NCBI GenBank assembly: GCA_965225945.1
Contig: CBDDBZ010000001.1
Span: 1 to 51,795 of the forward strand
Direction: 5' to 3'
Source: Alphaproteobacteria bacterium
Lineage (GTDB): Bacteria; Pseudomonadota; Alphaproteobacteria; GCA-2731375
Length of the DNA stretch: 51,795 bases
Shown here: one piece after another, positions 39,123 to 49,058 of the stretch
Numbering within the stretch: position 1 is the first letter of the stretch
Layout: every line of letters begins with the position of its first letter
Program-made: the position numbers and the translations under genes
The notes under the pieces: generated by a model
What the model was told of the DNA's origin: nothing
Database searches by the model: none
What the model saw: the letters and a program-made list of their open reading frames with translations, nothing else

Positions 39123-39458
39123 GCCTCGTCTCCTTCGAAGGGAAGATTTGCGTCTCGTTCCGAAAATAGACTGCCCGGCGCCATCTCGCCAGGGGTGTCG
39201 GCGAGGGGTGTGCGGCCGGGTCGGGAGTCGGCACGAATTTATTACCCGCCGGACGCGCCGGCGAGACGATCGGCGATGGCATTCGCCGCGCCGAGCGCTT
39301 ACAACCGGCGCTTCCCTCACCGGAGCCTTCGGCTCCTCTCCGCTCGGCCGCGAGAGGGCGATGCAACCTGGTGCCGCGGGTTCGCCACCCGAACCGGGCG
39401 AAAGCCGACACGGTCGGCGCCCCGACCTCGAGCCGAATAATTCTCTGAGGTTCATGCC

Positions 39459-40049
39459 ATGAGTCACGACACCTGGGCGCATCGAATGGTACGGCCCGCC
39501 GTCAGACCGCTGGCGCGGACCGCCATCGCGCCCAATCACCTGACCTGGCTCCGAATCGTGAGCGGTATCGCGGCGGCGGTCGCCCTCGCGCAAGCCGACA
39601 GGAGCTGGCTCCTGGCTGGCAGCGCGCTCTTCCTCGCCTCCTTCCTGCTCGACCGGGCCGACGGCGAACTCGCCCGGCTTTCCGGCAAGGCAAGCGCCTT
39701 TGGTCACAAACTCGATCTGGTCGGCGACGGCTTGTGCAACGCACTGGCCTTCGTCGGCTTGGGGCTCGGCTTGCGGCACGGTGGTTTAGGTCCGTGGGCG
39801 ATTCTCATGGGGCTGGTGGCCGGGCTCTCCGTGGTCGGCGTGCTGGCGATGGTCTGGCGCATCGAGAGGTTGCGGGGCGAGCGGTCGGGCGAGCTGAGCT
39901 CGGTGGGCCTGTTCGATGTCGACGACGCCATTCTGGCGGTGCCGGTCTTCATCTGGCTCGGTCTCGAGGAGGTCCTGTTGATCCTGGCCGCGGTCTCAGC
40001 CCCGCTGGTTTGCGGCGGCTTGATCATCAAATTACGCCGACGGCTCTAG
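39459..40049 (+). CDS. CDP-alcohol phosphatidyltransferase-family protein
   Basis: PNHLT, DRADGELAR...GHKLDLVGD motif. Confidence 0.88.
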   Translation: MSHDTWAHRMVRPAVRPLARTAIAPNHLTWLRIVSGIAAAVALAQADRSWLLAGSALFLASFLLDRADGELARLSGKASAFGHKLDLVGDGLCNALAFVGLGLGLRHGGLGPWAILMGLVAGLSVVGVLAMVWRIERLRGERSGELSSVGLFDVDDAILAVPVFIWLGLEEVLLILAAVSAPLVCGGLIIKLRRRL

Positions 40050-40163
40050 CCACGACGCGCGACCCGGCCGAACCACCCATTCTCCCGTCCCGCCACGCAT
40101 GGAAACGTAGCCTCGGCGCGGCCTTCGAGGGGGTTCCGGGCGAGCAACCGGGCCGGATCGGGG

Positions 40164-40580
40164 TCAGCCCGGCATCTTGTCGAAGGCCTTGGCCGCTTCG
40201 TTCAGGAGCGTCGAAGGCAATTTCCGCGAGACGAAGACGTTGGCCTTCGGCTCGAACCAGCTCGCGTCGTCGATGACACCGACGCGCACGCTACGGCGCT
40301 CGGGCGAGGCACTGTTGGCACCGAACAGCTGAGAGCCGCAGTTCGGGCAAAAATACTTGGTCATGGTCGATCCGCGATCGCTCTCGTGCTGGTAGCTCGC
40401 CGGCTCGCCCTTGCTCACGCTCAGCGCTTCCACCGGCACCATGACCAGGCTGGCGAAGGCGCTGCCGCCGGCGCGCCGGCAATCGTCGCAATGGCAGTTG
40501 GCCTGCATGATCGCGTCGCTGCTGCTCGAGAGTTCGATCTCGCCGCAGAGGCAGCGCGCGGTGAATCCGGTCATCTCCAT
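40164..40580 (-). CDS. GFA-family zinc-binding protein
   Basis: CLCG, CHCDDCRR, FCPNCGS. Confidence 0.9.
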   Translation of the reverse strand: MEMTGFTARCLCGEIELSSSSDAIMQANCHCDDCRRAGGSAFASLVMVPVEALSVSKGEPASYQHESDRGSTMTKYFCPNCGSQLFGANSASPERRSVRVGVIDDASWFEPKANVFVSRKLPSTLLNEAAKAFDKMPG

Positions 40581-40785
40581 TCCTCCTCTGGTTCCGGCGG
40601 TTCACCGCCGACGTTCCTCGCAAGATCACCGAAGTCGCCCTCGAAGTCCAACCTCGTTTCGGCCCGAGGCTTCGGCCCTACATTGCCCGGGGCGGGGGCG
40701 CCGGTATTGCCGCGCCCTTCACCGCCGGCGGCGATCGGGCTATCCTCGGCCCAACGGAATCGAAGCGGAACGGAGGCCAGCGCGA

Positions 40786-41655
40786 ATGACCTATCGACAA
40801 ATCGAGGTCCACCCGCTCTCGGGCGCGCTCGGCGCCGAGGTCCGGGGCGTCGACCTGGCCGAGGTGGACGACGCGAGCTTCGCCGAGATCCACCGTGCCT
40901 GGCTCGATCACCTGGTGCTGTTCTTCCGCGACCAGGAGCTCTCGAGCGAAGCGCAGATGGCCTTCGCCCGGCGCCTCGGGCCGCTTCACGTCCACCCCTA
41001 CCTGGTCCCCGCCGAGGGCCACCCGGAGGTGATCGAGATCGTCAAGCAGCCGGGCGATAGCCAGAACTTCGGCGGCACCTGGCACTCCGACCTCACCTAT
41101 CTGGAAAGCCCGATGAAGGGCGCGATGCTGCTTGCGCGCGAGGTGCCCGAAGCCGGCGGCGACACGCTGTTCGCCAACATGTATCTCGCCTACGAGAGCC
41201 TCTCGCCCGGCTTTCGCCGGCTATTGGCGGGGCTGGTCGCCATCCACAACGACCGCGCCACCGGCTTCTATGACCGCGACCGGGTCGGCACCATGGCAGT
41301 CCTCGAGAGCGCCGAGGCCAAGCACGCGGCCGAGGGGCCGAGCTGGTTCGCCCATCCCGTGGTCCGCAGCCATCCCGAGACCGGGCGCGACCTGCTGAAC
41401 GTCAACGCGGCGGTGACGCTTCGATTCGAGGCTATGAGCGAGGCCGAGAGCCGGCCGATCCTCGATTATCTCTTCCGCCATATCGAGCGGCCGGAATTCA
41501 CCTGCCGTTTCCGCTGGGAGGCGGGCTCGGTGGCGCTCTGGGACAACCGCTGCACCCAGCATCGCGCGATCAACGATTATGCGGGCAAGCGCCGGGTGAT
41601 GCGCCGCGTGCTGATCGCCGGCGACCGGCCGTTCCAGCGCGCGGCGGCGGAATAG
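40786..41655 (+). CDS. TauD/TfdA-family Fe/2OG dioxygenase
   Basis: WHSD, GGDTLFAN, HPVVRSHPETG, WDNRCTQH. Confidence 0.93.
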   Translation: MTYRQIEVHPLSGALGAEVRGVDLAEVDDASFAEIHRAWLDHLVLFFRDQELSSEAQMAFARRLGPLHVHPYLVPAEGHPEVIEIVKQPGDSQNFGGTWHSDLTYLESPMKGAMLLAREVPEAGGDTLFANMYLAYESLSPGFRRLLAGLVAIHNDRATGFYDRDRVGTMAVLESAEAKHAAEGPSWFAHPVVRSHPETGRDLLNVNAAVTLRFEAMSEAESRPILDYLFRHIERPEFTCRFRWEAGSVALWDNRCTQHRAINDYAGKRRVMRRVLIAGDRPFQRAAAE

Positions 41656-41714
41656 GGTTTCCGCCCGGGCCACCCGGCGAACCGAAACCACACCTCGAGG
41701 GGAGGGAAACGCCC

Positions 41715-42491
41715 GTGCAGCCGGAGCTCATCAAGACCGTGCTGGTCGAGGATACCATCGCCCTGGTGAGGCTCGACAACCCGCCCGTCAACGCCCACAG
41801 CCAACAACTGCTCGAGGAGATCGCCTGGACCTTCGACTCGCTGAGCGACCGGGAGGATGTCCGGGTGGTGGTTCTCACGGGCGAAGGCAAATGTTTCTGC
41901 GCCGGCGCGGACCTCAAGGAGCGGGTCGGCGCGAAGCGCCGCGACGGCGACCACTGGCAAAATAGCCGTCGCGCGCGCGAGGCCTATCACTCCATCATGG
42001 AATGCCGGAAACCGGTCATCGCCGCCATCAACAGCCCCGCGCTCGGCGGCGGTCTTGCGCTCGTCGCGTCGTGCGACATCCTGCTCGCCAGCGAAGCGGG
42101 CTGCATCGGCCTGCCGGAGATCACCGTCGGGCTTCTGGGGGGCGGGCGCCATGCTCAGCGCCTGTTCGGCGATTCGCGGCTGCGCCGGATGATGCTGACC
42201 GGCTTGCGCGTGTTCGGGCCCGAGTTGTATCGCCTCGGCGTCGTCGAGGACTGCACCGCGCCCGAGGAACTGCTGGCCGAGTCGCTTGCCATCGCGCGTG
42301 AAATCTCGGCCAAGAGCCCGATGGCGGTCAAACTGGCCAAACACGCGCTCAATCAGATCGAGGAAATGAGCCTGCGGGACGGCTATCGCTTCGAGCAGTC
42401 GATGACGGGCGAGCTGAGCGGAAGCGAGGATTCCAAGGAAGCGATGCGCGCCTTCGTCGAAAAGCGCGAACCGGTCTTCAAGGGGCGCTGA
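41715..42491 (+). CDS. Enoyl-CoA hydratase/isomerase-family protein
   Basis: FCAGADLK, ALGGG, LPE, AFVEKR.PVFKG. Confidence 0.92.
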   Translation: MQPELIKTVLVEDTIALVRLDNPPVNAHSQQLLEEIAWTFDSLSDREDVRVVVLTGEGKCFCAGADLKERVGAKRRDGDHWQNSRRAREAYHSIMECRKPVIAAINSPALGGGLALVASCDILLASEAGCIGLPEITVGLLGGGRHAQRLFGDSRLRRMMLTGLRVFGPELYRLGVVEDCTAPEELLAESLAIAREISAKSPMAVKLAKHALNQIEEMSLRDGYRFEQSMTGELSGSEDSKEAMRAFVEKREPVFKGR

Positions 42492-42665
42492 AGGCGGCGG
42501 GCCGCGAATTATTATTTGGCGTTACGGACAAGGGAAAGCCTTGGCGGGCAATTGACGCGCGGCACGTCTTGAACCGCGATCCTCGACGTTTTGGGCCAAT
42601 TCGACCGACCACCGTGTGGAAGACCACGAACGGCGCGCCATCCAGGTCAAACGAGGAGTTTCGTA

Positions 42666-43589
42666 ATGACGAAAAACACAATCGAGTTCGGCACGGCGTT
42701 GCGTTCACCCTATGACGTCGCGCGATTGTCTCGCCAGATCGAGGCCCTCGGCTTCGACATCCTCGGTTGCGGCGAGCATGTCAGCTTCCATGGCGACACC
42801 GCCAATGGTTTCATCTCGCTTTCGGTGGCGGCCGGCGCGACGAGGGATATTCGTCTGATGAGCACGATCACGCTGGTGCCGCTCTACCCCGCCGCCCTGC
42901 TCGCCAAGATGGGCGCGGCGCTCGACGTCGCCTCGGGCGGACGCTACACCATGGGCGTCGGCGTCGGCGGAGAGTTTCCGAATGAATTCGAGGCCTGCGG
43001 CATACCGCTCAGCGAGCGCGGATTGCGAACCGACGACGCGCTCGAGGTGCTCACGCGGACCTGGACGGCGAGCAACGTCACCTACGACGGCCGCTACACC
43101 AAGCTGGAGAATTTCAGCCTGAAGCCGTTGCCGATTCAGAAGCCGCGCCCGCCGATCTGGGTCTCTGGACGCACCAACGCCGCGATGGGCCGCGCGGCGA
43201 AATACGCCGACGGTTGGCTGCCCTACATGTACACGCCGGAACAGCTCGCCGAGAGCATTGCCACGATCCGCGCGCGAGGCGAAGACCAAGGTCGTGACAT
43301 GACCGATTTCACCTTCGGAATGTATATCTTCACCGCCGTCCATGAGGAGAACGAGCGCGCCGTGAGCTTCGCCGTCGATCGACTGAGCAAGCAATATTCG
43401 CAGGACTTCACCAAGCTGGTGGGCAAATACGCCTTGGCCGGGGACCCTCGGCACTGCCAGGCGCGCCTACGCGAATACATCGATGCCGGGGCGAGCACGA
43501 TTTTCGTATCGTCGGCCTGCCCGGACGATTACCTCGACACGAACCTGGAGATGATCGCCTCGGAGATTATCCCCGCGTTTCGTCCATAA
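42666..43589 (+). CDS. LLM-class flavin-dependent oxidoreductase
   Basis: GEH, LDVASGGR, PIQKPRPPIWV, YADGW. Confidence 0.9.
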   Translation: MTKNTIEFGTALRSPYDVARLSRQIEALGFDILGCGEHVSFHGDTANGFISLSVAAGATRDIRLMSTITLVPLYPAALLAKMGAALDVASGGRYTMGVGVGGEFPNEFEACGIPLSERGLRTDDALEVLTRTWTASNVTYDGRYTKLENFSLKPLPIQKPRPPIWVSGRTNAAMGRAAKYADGWLPYMYTPEQLAESIATIRARGEDQGRDMTDFTFGMYIFTAVHEENERAVSFAVDRLSKQYSQDFTKLVGKYALAGDPRHCQARLREYIDAGASTIFVSSACPDDYLDTNLEMIASEIIPAFRP

Positions 43590-43724
43590 GGCAGGCACAA
43601 GCTGCTTGCGAATAACTTCCACATGTCCGGAAATGCGGGTGTCGCCTACGGGTCTGGTCAGGAATCGTGCGCCCACCGGATGCACGCGGCTCATGGACCG
43701 CTGGTAAATGGAATACTGCCCGAA

Positions 43725-43977
43725 GAAAAGGGGTCATTCTCCTTTTTAACTGGTTTGCATGGCCGGCCACGGGGTCTCGGGGTGGACTCAAGGCCGAGCC
43801 GACGGGCGGTGCGCGGCCCCCAACGATCGGTGCCGAACGGCGTCCCGCGATCGACGCCGTGACGAGGCGCCGCGAGTTGCGCCGCCGGTTTCGCGCGCCC
43901 GCCGGAGGCACGGCCGCGAGGCATGCGCCGATCCCAACGCATCCGTTCCGCCGAATAAAGTACAATGACCCCTTTTC
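43725..43977 (-). mobile_element. Hollowed RAYT-like (Y1/HUH) transposase relic between inverted repeats
   Basis: 14-bp IR GAAAAGGGGTCATT (43725-43738 / 43964-43977); inside, MPRGRASGG fused to ...VDRGTPFGTDRW...TARRLGLESTPRPRGRP. Confidence 0.65.
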
Positions 43978-44069
43978 CGCCTCCTAGTGTACCGACTCTA
44001 ACGCCTGTCGCCCACGAGCGACTTTTTCGAGTATGGCGGTGGCGGAAGCGGTCCATACGAAGGGTTTTG

Positions 44070-45174
44070 CTTGCCTATCCGGTTAACGCCCATGACCGCT
44101 ACATGTAGGGTGCCGCCACTCTCCCGAGTAAAGCTCGGCATAGGTTGGAGCAGAGGTGTCGCCCGCGATGCCGAGCAATGAGCGGAAGGCGTTGAACGGG
44201 TAGAACCGCCTGTTGAAGCGGAAGGTGAACTCGTTGAGGTAGGCTTGTAGGTGCTGGTGGCTAACGCCGTGGTGGATACCGATCAGCCACGTCTTCAGGT
44301 TGGCGAAAACCAGATGGATGATCGGCAGGTATTGCTCGGCAACCTCTGGATCACCACACTCGGCAACAGCGAAGTGCTCATAGCCGCGCTTACCGAGGCC
44401 AGCATAGCCGCTCCAATCGTCAGTAACGATCAGCGATCCCGGCGCGACGGTGCTCTCGACGAACCCACAGAGCGACTCGGCGCTACGGTCGAGCACGACG
44501 GCGAGCCGAACGCGTCCGGCATAGCGTCCGTCTTTCCGGTTGTCGAGCTTGGTGCCCGGCTTTCGATGACGCACCTCGATGGCACAGGAGACGAGAACCT
44601 TGTGGTGAACACCACGGCCTTCCCCACGCGTTCGCCCGCCAACCCAGGTTTCGTCCACCTCAACATGGTTCTTGGGCTGTCCACCGATCCTGTCTTGGTT
44701 GGGCCGCACCATGCCCGAGCGGAGCTTGTGGAGAATTTGAAAGGCCGTCTCGTAGCGCGAAAGACCAAGTTGCCGCTGAAACTGCACGGCGGACATGCCG
44801 GGCGTCTGACTGGCGACCAGATAAGCGGCCCAGAACCAGACGTTCAGCGGAGTGTGGCTACGCTCCATCACTGTTCCCACCGTCAGCCCGGTGTTCTGGC
44901 GGCACTTGCGGCAGCGCAGGACGCCAGGGCGGTTTTCAAAGTGGAACGGCTCTCCCGCCGTGCCGCAGTGCGGGCAGGCAAAGCCGTCTCCCCAGCGGGC
45001 TTTCTCCAGGTAGGCGGCGCAGGCCGCATCATCGGGGAAAAGTCGCTGGAACTCGGGTAGCGAATGCGGGAATGGGAGATCGGCGCGGTCGAGAACATCC
45101 ATGGCGCGCTCCCCTATATCCGGTTTGCGCCCATTCTAGCCCTAGTGGGTGTGGGTGTAAACCGGATAGGAAAG
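44070..45174 (-). mobile_element. IS1595-family element, full length
   Basis: Ends CTTGCCTATCCGGTTA (44070) and CTTTCCTATCCGGTTT (from 45174, minus strand). Confidence 0.92.
44083..45102 (-). CDS. IS1595-family transposase
   Basis: Zinc ribbon CPHC..CRKC, VEVDET, IVTDDW, HHGVS..HLQAYLNEF.FRFNRR. Confidence 0.93.
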   Translation of the reverse strand: MDVLDRADLPFPHSLPEFQRLFPDDAACAAYLEKARWGDGFACPHCGTAGEPFHFENRPGVLRCRKCRQNTGLTVGTVMERSHTPLNVWFWAAYLVASQTPGMSAVQFQRQLGLSRYETAFQILHKLRSGMVRPNQDRIGGQPKNHVEVDETWVGGRTRGEGRGVHHKVLVSCAIEVRHRKPGTKLDNRKDGRYAGRVRLAVVLDRSAESLCGFVESTVAPGSLIVTDDWSGYAGLGKRGYEHFAVAECGDPEVAEQYLPIIHLVFANLKTWLIGIHHGVSHQHLQAYLNEFTFRFNRRFYPFNAFRSLLGIAGDTSAPTYAELYSGEWRHPTCSGHGR

Positions 45175-45195
45175 CAACGAACCAGGACCACCGCA

Positions 45196-45700
45196 GTGCG
45201 TCATCGAAAGCCGGGCACCAAGCTCGACAACCGGAAAGACGGACGCTATGCCGGACGCGTTCGGCTCGCCGTCGTGCTCGACCGTAGCGCCGAGTCGCTC
45301 TGTGGGTTCGTCGAGAGCACCGTCGCGCCGGGATCGCTGATCGTTACTGACGATTGGAGCGGCTATGCTGGCCTCGGTAAGCGCGGCTACGAGCACTTCG
45401 CTGTTGCCGAGTGTGGTGATCCAGAGGTTGCCGAGCAATACCTGCCGATCATCCATCTGGTTTTCGCCAACCTGAAGACGTGGCTGATCGGTATCCACCA
45501 CGGCGTTAGCCACCAGCACCTACAAGCCTACCTCAACGAGTTCACCTTCCGCTTCAACAGGCGGTTCTACCCGTTCAACGCCTTCCGCTCATTGCTCGGC
45601 ATCGCGGGCGACACCTCTGCTCCAACCTATGCCGAGCTTTACTCGGGAGAGTGGCGGCACCCTACATGTAGCGGTCATGGGCGTTAACCGGATAGGCAAG
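45196..45700 (+). mobile_element. Partial inverted copy of the same IS1595 (3' half and right end)
   Basis: Mirror of 44070-44574; one difference seen (44380 vs 45390). Confidence 0.92.
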
Positions 45701-46872
45701 GGTTTTGGATCGGCATTGTGGTGCTCGAGGTATTCCTGAATGGCTGTTTCGAGTTCGGCGACGCTCTTGAACACGCCGCAACGGATTTGATCGCTGGTGA
45801 TCAGGCCGAAGAAGCGTTCGACCTGGCTGAGCCAGGAGGCGGATGTCGGAGTGAAGTGCATATGGAAGCGAGGATGTTTTGCCAACCACGCCTTGACCTT
45901 GGGATGCTTGTGGGTGGCGTAGTTGTCGGCGATCAGATGCAGGTCGAGCTTCTTGGGCGTCTCGGCGTCGATACGGCGCAGGAATTTCAGCCATTCCTGA
46001 TGGCGGTGCCGCTTCATGCAGTGGCCGATGACCTTGCCGGTGGCGACGTCGAGCGCGGCGAACAATGTCGTCGTGCCGTGGCGCTTGTAGTCATGCGTCA
46101 TGGTGCCGGCTCGGCCCTTCTTGATCGGCAAGCCGGGCTGTGTGCGGTCGAGCGCCTGGATCTGGCTCTTCTCGTCGACCGAGAGAACCAGCGCCTTGTC
46201 CGGCGGATCGAGATAGAGACCGACGATATCGCGCACCTTCTCGACGAAGTGTTCGTCATTCGACAGCTTGAAGGTCTTCACCAGGTGCGGCTTGAGGCCG
46301 TGCGCCTTCCAGATCCGCTGCACGCTGGTGTAGCTGAGGCCGACGGCACGGGCCATCTTGCGGATGCTCCAATGCGTCGCCGCCTCCGGCGTCTCGTGCA
46401 AGGTCTTATGCACAACCCGCTCGATCACCTCGGCGCTCAGCGGCGGCTTGCGTCCCGGTCGCGTCGCATCGCGGCGCAGTCCGGCGATGCCTTTGGCAAG
46501 GTAGCGCTCCTGCCAGCGCCACACCGTCACCTTACTTTTGCCGACCAACCGGACGATCGTCATCGTGCCGATCCCGTCAGCCGACAGCAACACGATCCGT
46601 GCCCGCCAAACCAGCTTCTGCGGCGTGTTCCGCCCAGAAACCAACCCTTCCAGCGTCGCCCGCTCCGCGGGAGACAGCCAGATGCATGCCAATGTCTTCG
46701 TCATTCCCCCAGAATCGCAGAACGCAAGCCCTTTGGGAAACTTTTGTTAGGATCGGAACACTAGAGAGGAATTGATCGTAATCACCGACAGAAATTCCAT
46801 TTTCGCGAAACGGATTTTCCCCCTGCCACCGAGAACTCGCCTTGCGAGGCCATGCCAAACCGGGGACCGCCG

Positions 46873-47781
46873 CTAACCGGCCTCCTCCGGCGGCAGACGG
46901 ACCTCGACGCCGGCGCGCTCCTCTTGCAGGGTCAGCACCTTGGAGGTGTCGAAGCCGCCCCAGCCGCGCGCCATCGCCGCGCGCAGCTCGCGCTCGCAGA
47001 TCGCCGCCAGCTCCATCGGCACCCCCGTCTCGGCCGCCAGCCCAGCCGCCAGGCCGAGGTCCTTGGCCGCCAGCGCCAGGGCGAAGCGGGGCTCGAAATC
47101 GCCCCTGAGATAGGTCTCGCGCAACCGCACCTTGAGGTTGCTCATGCGGCCGAGCGCGCCTTGGGTGAAGACCTCGACCAGGACCTCCGGCGCGACGCCG
47201 GCCTTGACGCCGGTGGTCCAGCATTCCGCCATGACGAGATCGAGGGTGAAGGAGGCGCTGTTGTGCAGGATCTTGGCGACGCAGCCGCTGCCGATGGCAC
47301 CGGTGTGGATGATCCGCTCGGCGATCGCCTCGAGGTACGGCCGCGCGCGGGCCACCGCCGCCCCCTCGCCCCCGACCATCACCAAGAGATCGCGGATCCG
47401 CGCGCCCTCGACGCCGCCGCTCACCGGCGCGTCGAGCATGGCCACGCCCTCCGCGGCGAAGGCCGCGTGCACACGGCGCGCCAGCGCCGGCGCGTTGGTG
47501 GTGTGATCGATGAAGAGCATGCCCGGCCGCGCGCCCGCGAGGAGCCCATCGGGGCCCAGCGTCACCGCCTCCATCTCCGGCGGCCCCGGCAGGCAGGTGA
47601 CGACGACGTCGCAGGCCTCGGCCACCTCGGCGGGTGAATGGGCACGCCTCGCCCCCGCCGCCGTCAGCGAGGCGCCGGCATCGGCGCGGCGGTCGTGGAC
47701 CACCAACGCGTTGCCGGCGGCGAGGAGCTGGTGCGCGATGGGCGTCCCGATGTTGCCGGTGCCGATGAAGCCCGTGGGCAT
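46873..47781 (-). CDS. Beta-hydroxyacid dehydrogenase (3-hydroxyisobutyrate/tartronate semialdehyde reductase family)
   Basis: GFIGTGNIG, LDAPVSGG, AKILHN, F.L.LAAKDL. Confidence 0.9.
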   Translation of the reverse strand: MPTGFIGTGNIGTPIAHQLLAAGNALVVHDRRADAGASLTAAGARRAHSPAEVAEACDVVVTCLPGPPEMEAVTLGPDGLLAGARPGMLFIDHTTNAPALARRVHAAFAAEGVAMLDAPVSGGVEGARIRDLLVMVGGEGAAVARARPYLEAIAERIIHTGAIGSGCVAKILHNSASFTLDLVMAECWTTGVKAGVAPEVLVEVFTQGALGRMSNLKVRLRETYLRGDFEPRFALALAAKDLGLAAGLAAETGVPMELAAICERELRAAMARGWGGFDTSKVLTLQEERAGVEVRLPPEEAG

Positions 47782-47797
47782 GGCGCGCGCGCCGGAT

Positions 47798-48919
47798 TCA
47801 GAGAGCGTAGAGCCGACGGGAGTTGTCCCAGAGGATCTTTCGCTTGGCTTCCTCCGCGAGTTCGAGATCCAGGAACAGGTTCATCGCTTGCGGGTATTTC
47901 GCGTCGCCATGGGGGTAGTCGGTGGTGGTCACCAGGCAGTCGTCGCCGATCACGTCGACCACGTGGGCGACGAAGTCCTCGTCACACTCGACCGCGCAGA
48001 AGCCCTGCCGGGCGAAATATTCCGAGGGCTTCAGCTTCAGGTCAGCCATCTCGCCATAGGGCCGGCGCCAAACATAGTGGTCGTCCATGCGGTCGAGCCA
48101 GAACGGCAGCCAGCCGCACTGGCCCTCCAGGAAGGCCATGCGAAGGCGGGGGAAACGCTCCATCACGCCGCCCATGATCACGTCCATGCAGGTCAGCATC
48201 TGCTCGACCGGATGGGTCGAGATATGGGCGATGCCGAGCAGTTGGAAGCGGTCGGTGCCCGCCGCCTTCATGCGGCTGCCCGTGGTCTCGTGGAAGCCGA
48301 CGGCGATGTCGAGATCCTGGCAGGTGGCCCAGAGCGGGTCGTAGTAGGGATCGTGCCAGGCCCGGTCGTTGAACAGGTTGGGGCGCAGGAAGATCGCCTT
48401 CATCTCTAGATCGCGGACCGCGCGCTTGGTCTCCTCGACCGCCGTCTCCACGTCGTGCGGCGAGACCGCGGCGGCGCCGAATAGGCGCTTGGGGTCGGCG
48501 GCCTGGATATAGTCGTACAGCCAGTCGTTATAGGCCCGGCAGACGGCGGCGGCGAAGCGCGGCTCCATCCGCTCGAAGGCGATGGCATACATCCCCGCGG
48601 TCGGATAGAGCACCGCCAGGTCCAGCCCCTCCTTCTCCATCGCGATCACCTGCGAGGGCGGATCGAAGTCGCGCGCGATCTCTTCCGCGTAGCGCTTCGC
48701 CATCGCCTCCTCTTCCGCGTCGCTCTGCGCGGGCCAGTCGCCGCCCGGAATCGTCGCCATCACCTCGCCCTCGACGACGGTGCGGATGTCCCAGCGGCGC
48801 TCGCTCAGCCGCTTGGGCGCGCGGTCGCGAAACTCGGCATCGATGTAACGGTCCCAAAGATCGACCGGCTCCATCACGTGCATCTCCGCATCGATGATCT
48901 GGAATCCCTGCTTGGCCAT
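47798..48919 (-). CDS. Amidohydrolase_2-family protein
   Basis: IIDAEMH, LYPT, AYNDW, RFPRLRMAFLE, TDYPH. Confidence 0.9.
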   Translation of the reverse strand: MAKQGFQIIDAEMHVMEPVDLWDRYIDAEFRDRAPKRLSERRWDIRTVVEGEVMATIPGGDWPAQSDAEEEAMAKRYAEEIARDFDPPSQVIAMEKEGLDLAVLYPTAGMYAIAFERMEPRFAAAVCRAYNDWLYDYIQAADPKRLFGAAAVSPHDVETAVEETKRAVRDLEMKAIFLRPNLFNDRAWHDPYYDPLWATCQDLDIAVGFHETTGSRMKAAGTDRFQLLGIAHISTHPVEQMLTCMDVIMGGVMERFPRLRMAFLEGQCGWLPFWLDRMDDHYVWRRPYGEMADLKLKPSEYFARQGFCAVECDEDFVAHVVDVIGDDCLVTTTDYPHGDAKYPQAMNLFLDLELAEEAKRKILWDNSRRLYAL

Positions 48920-49058
48920 GGCTCGTCCTCCGCTTCCCGTCGCGATGTATCCTTCGATTTCCACGCCTAACCTCGAAGAGTCCAATCGAGGCGATATCGC
49001 GGCTCCGATGGGCTATGATGGCGGGGCTCGCAACGGGCAAACCCTGAGGAGAATGAAC

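Larger units (their letters stand above)
43984..46704 (-). pseudogene. IS630 transposase, interrupted near its C-terminus
   Basis: DEK, DNY, QVE motifs in 45701-46704; reading continues NADPKP|FVWTASATAILEKVARGRQALESVH* left of 44070. Confidence 0.9.
43987..46761 (-). mobile_element. IS630-family element interrupted by the inverted IS1595 pair
   Basis: TA flanks (43985-86, 46762-63); IRs GTGTACCGACTCTAAC / GTGTTCCGATCCTAAC. Confidence 0.9.

Noticed and set aside
45064-45687. 207-aa ORF as an independent transposase
   Set aside because: Chance read-in from the opposite IS end into the partial inverted copy; lacks zinc ribbon and first catalytic Asp
45589-45700. C-terminus of the second IS630 transposase as given in the ORF track
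   Set aside because: It is read-through into the inserted IS1595 end; the true tail lies at 43984-44069
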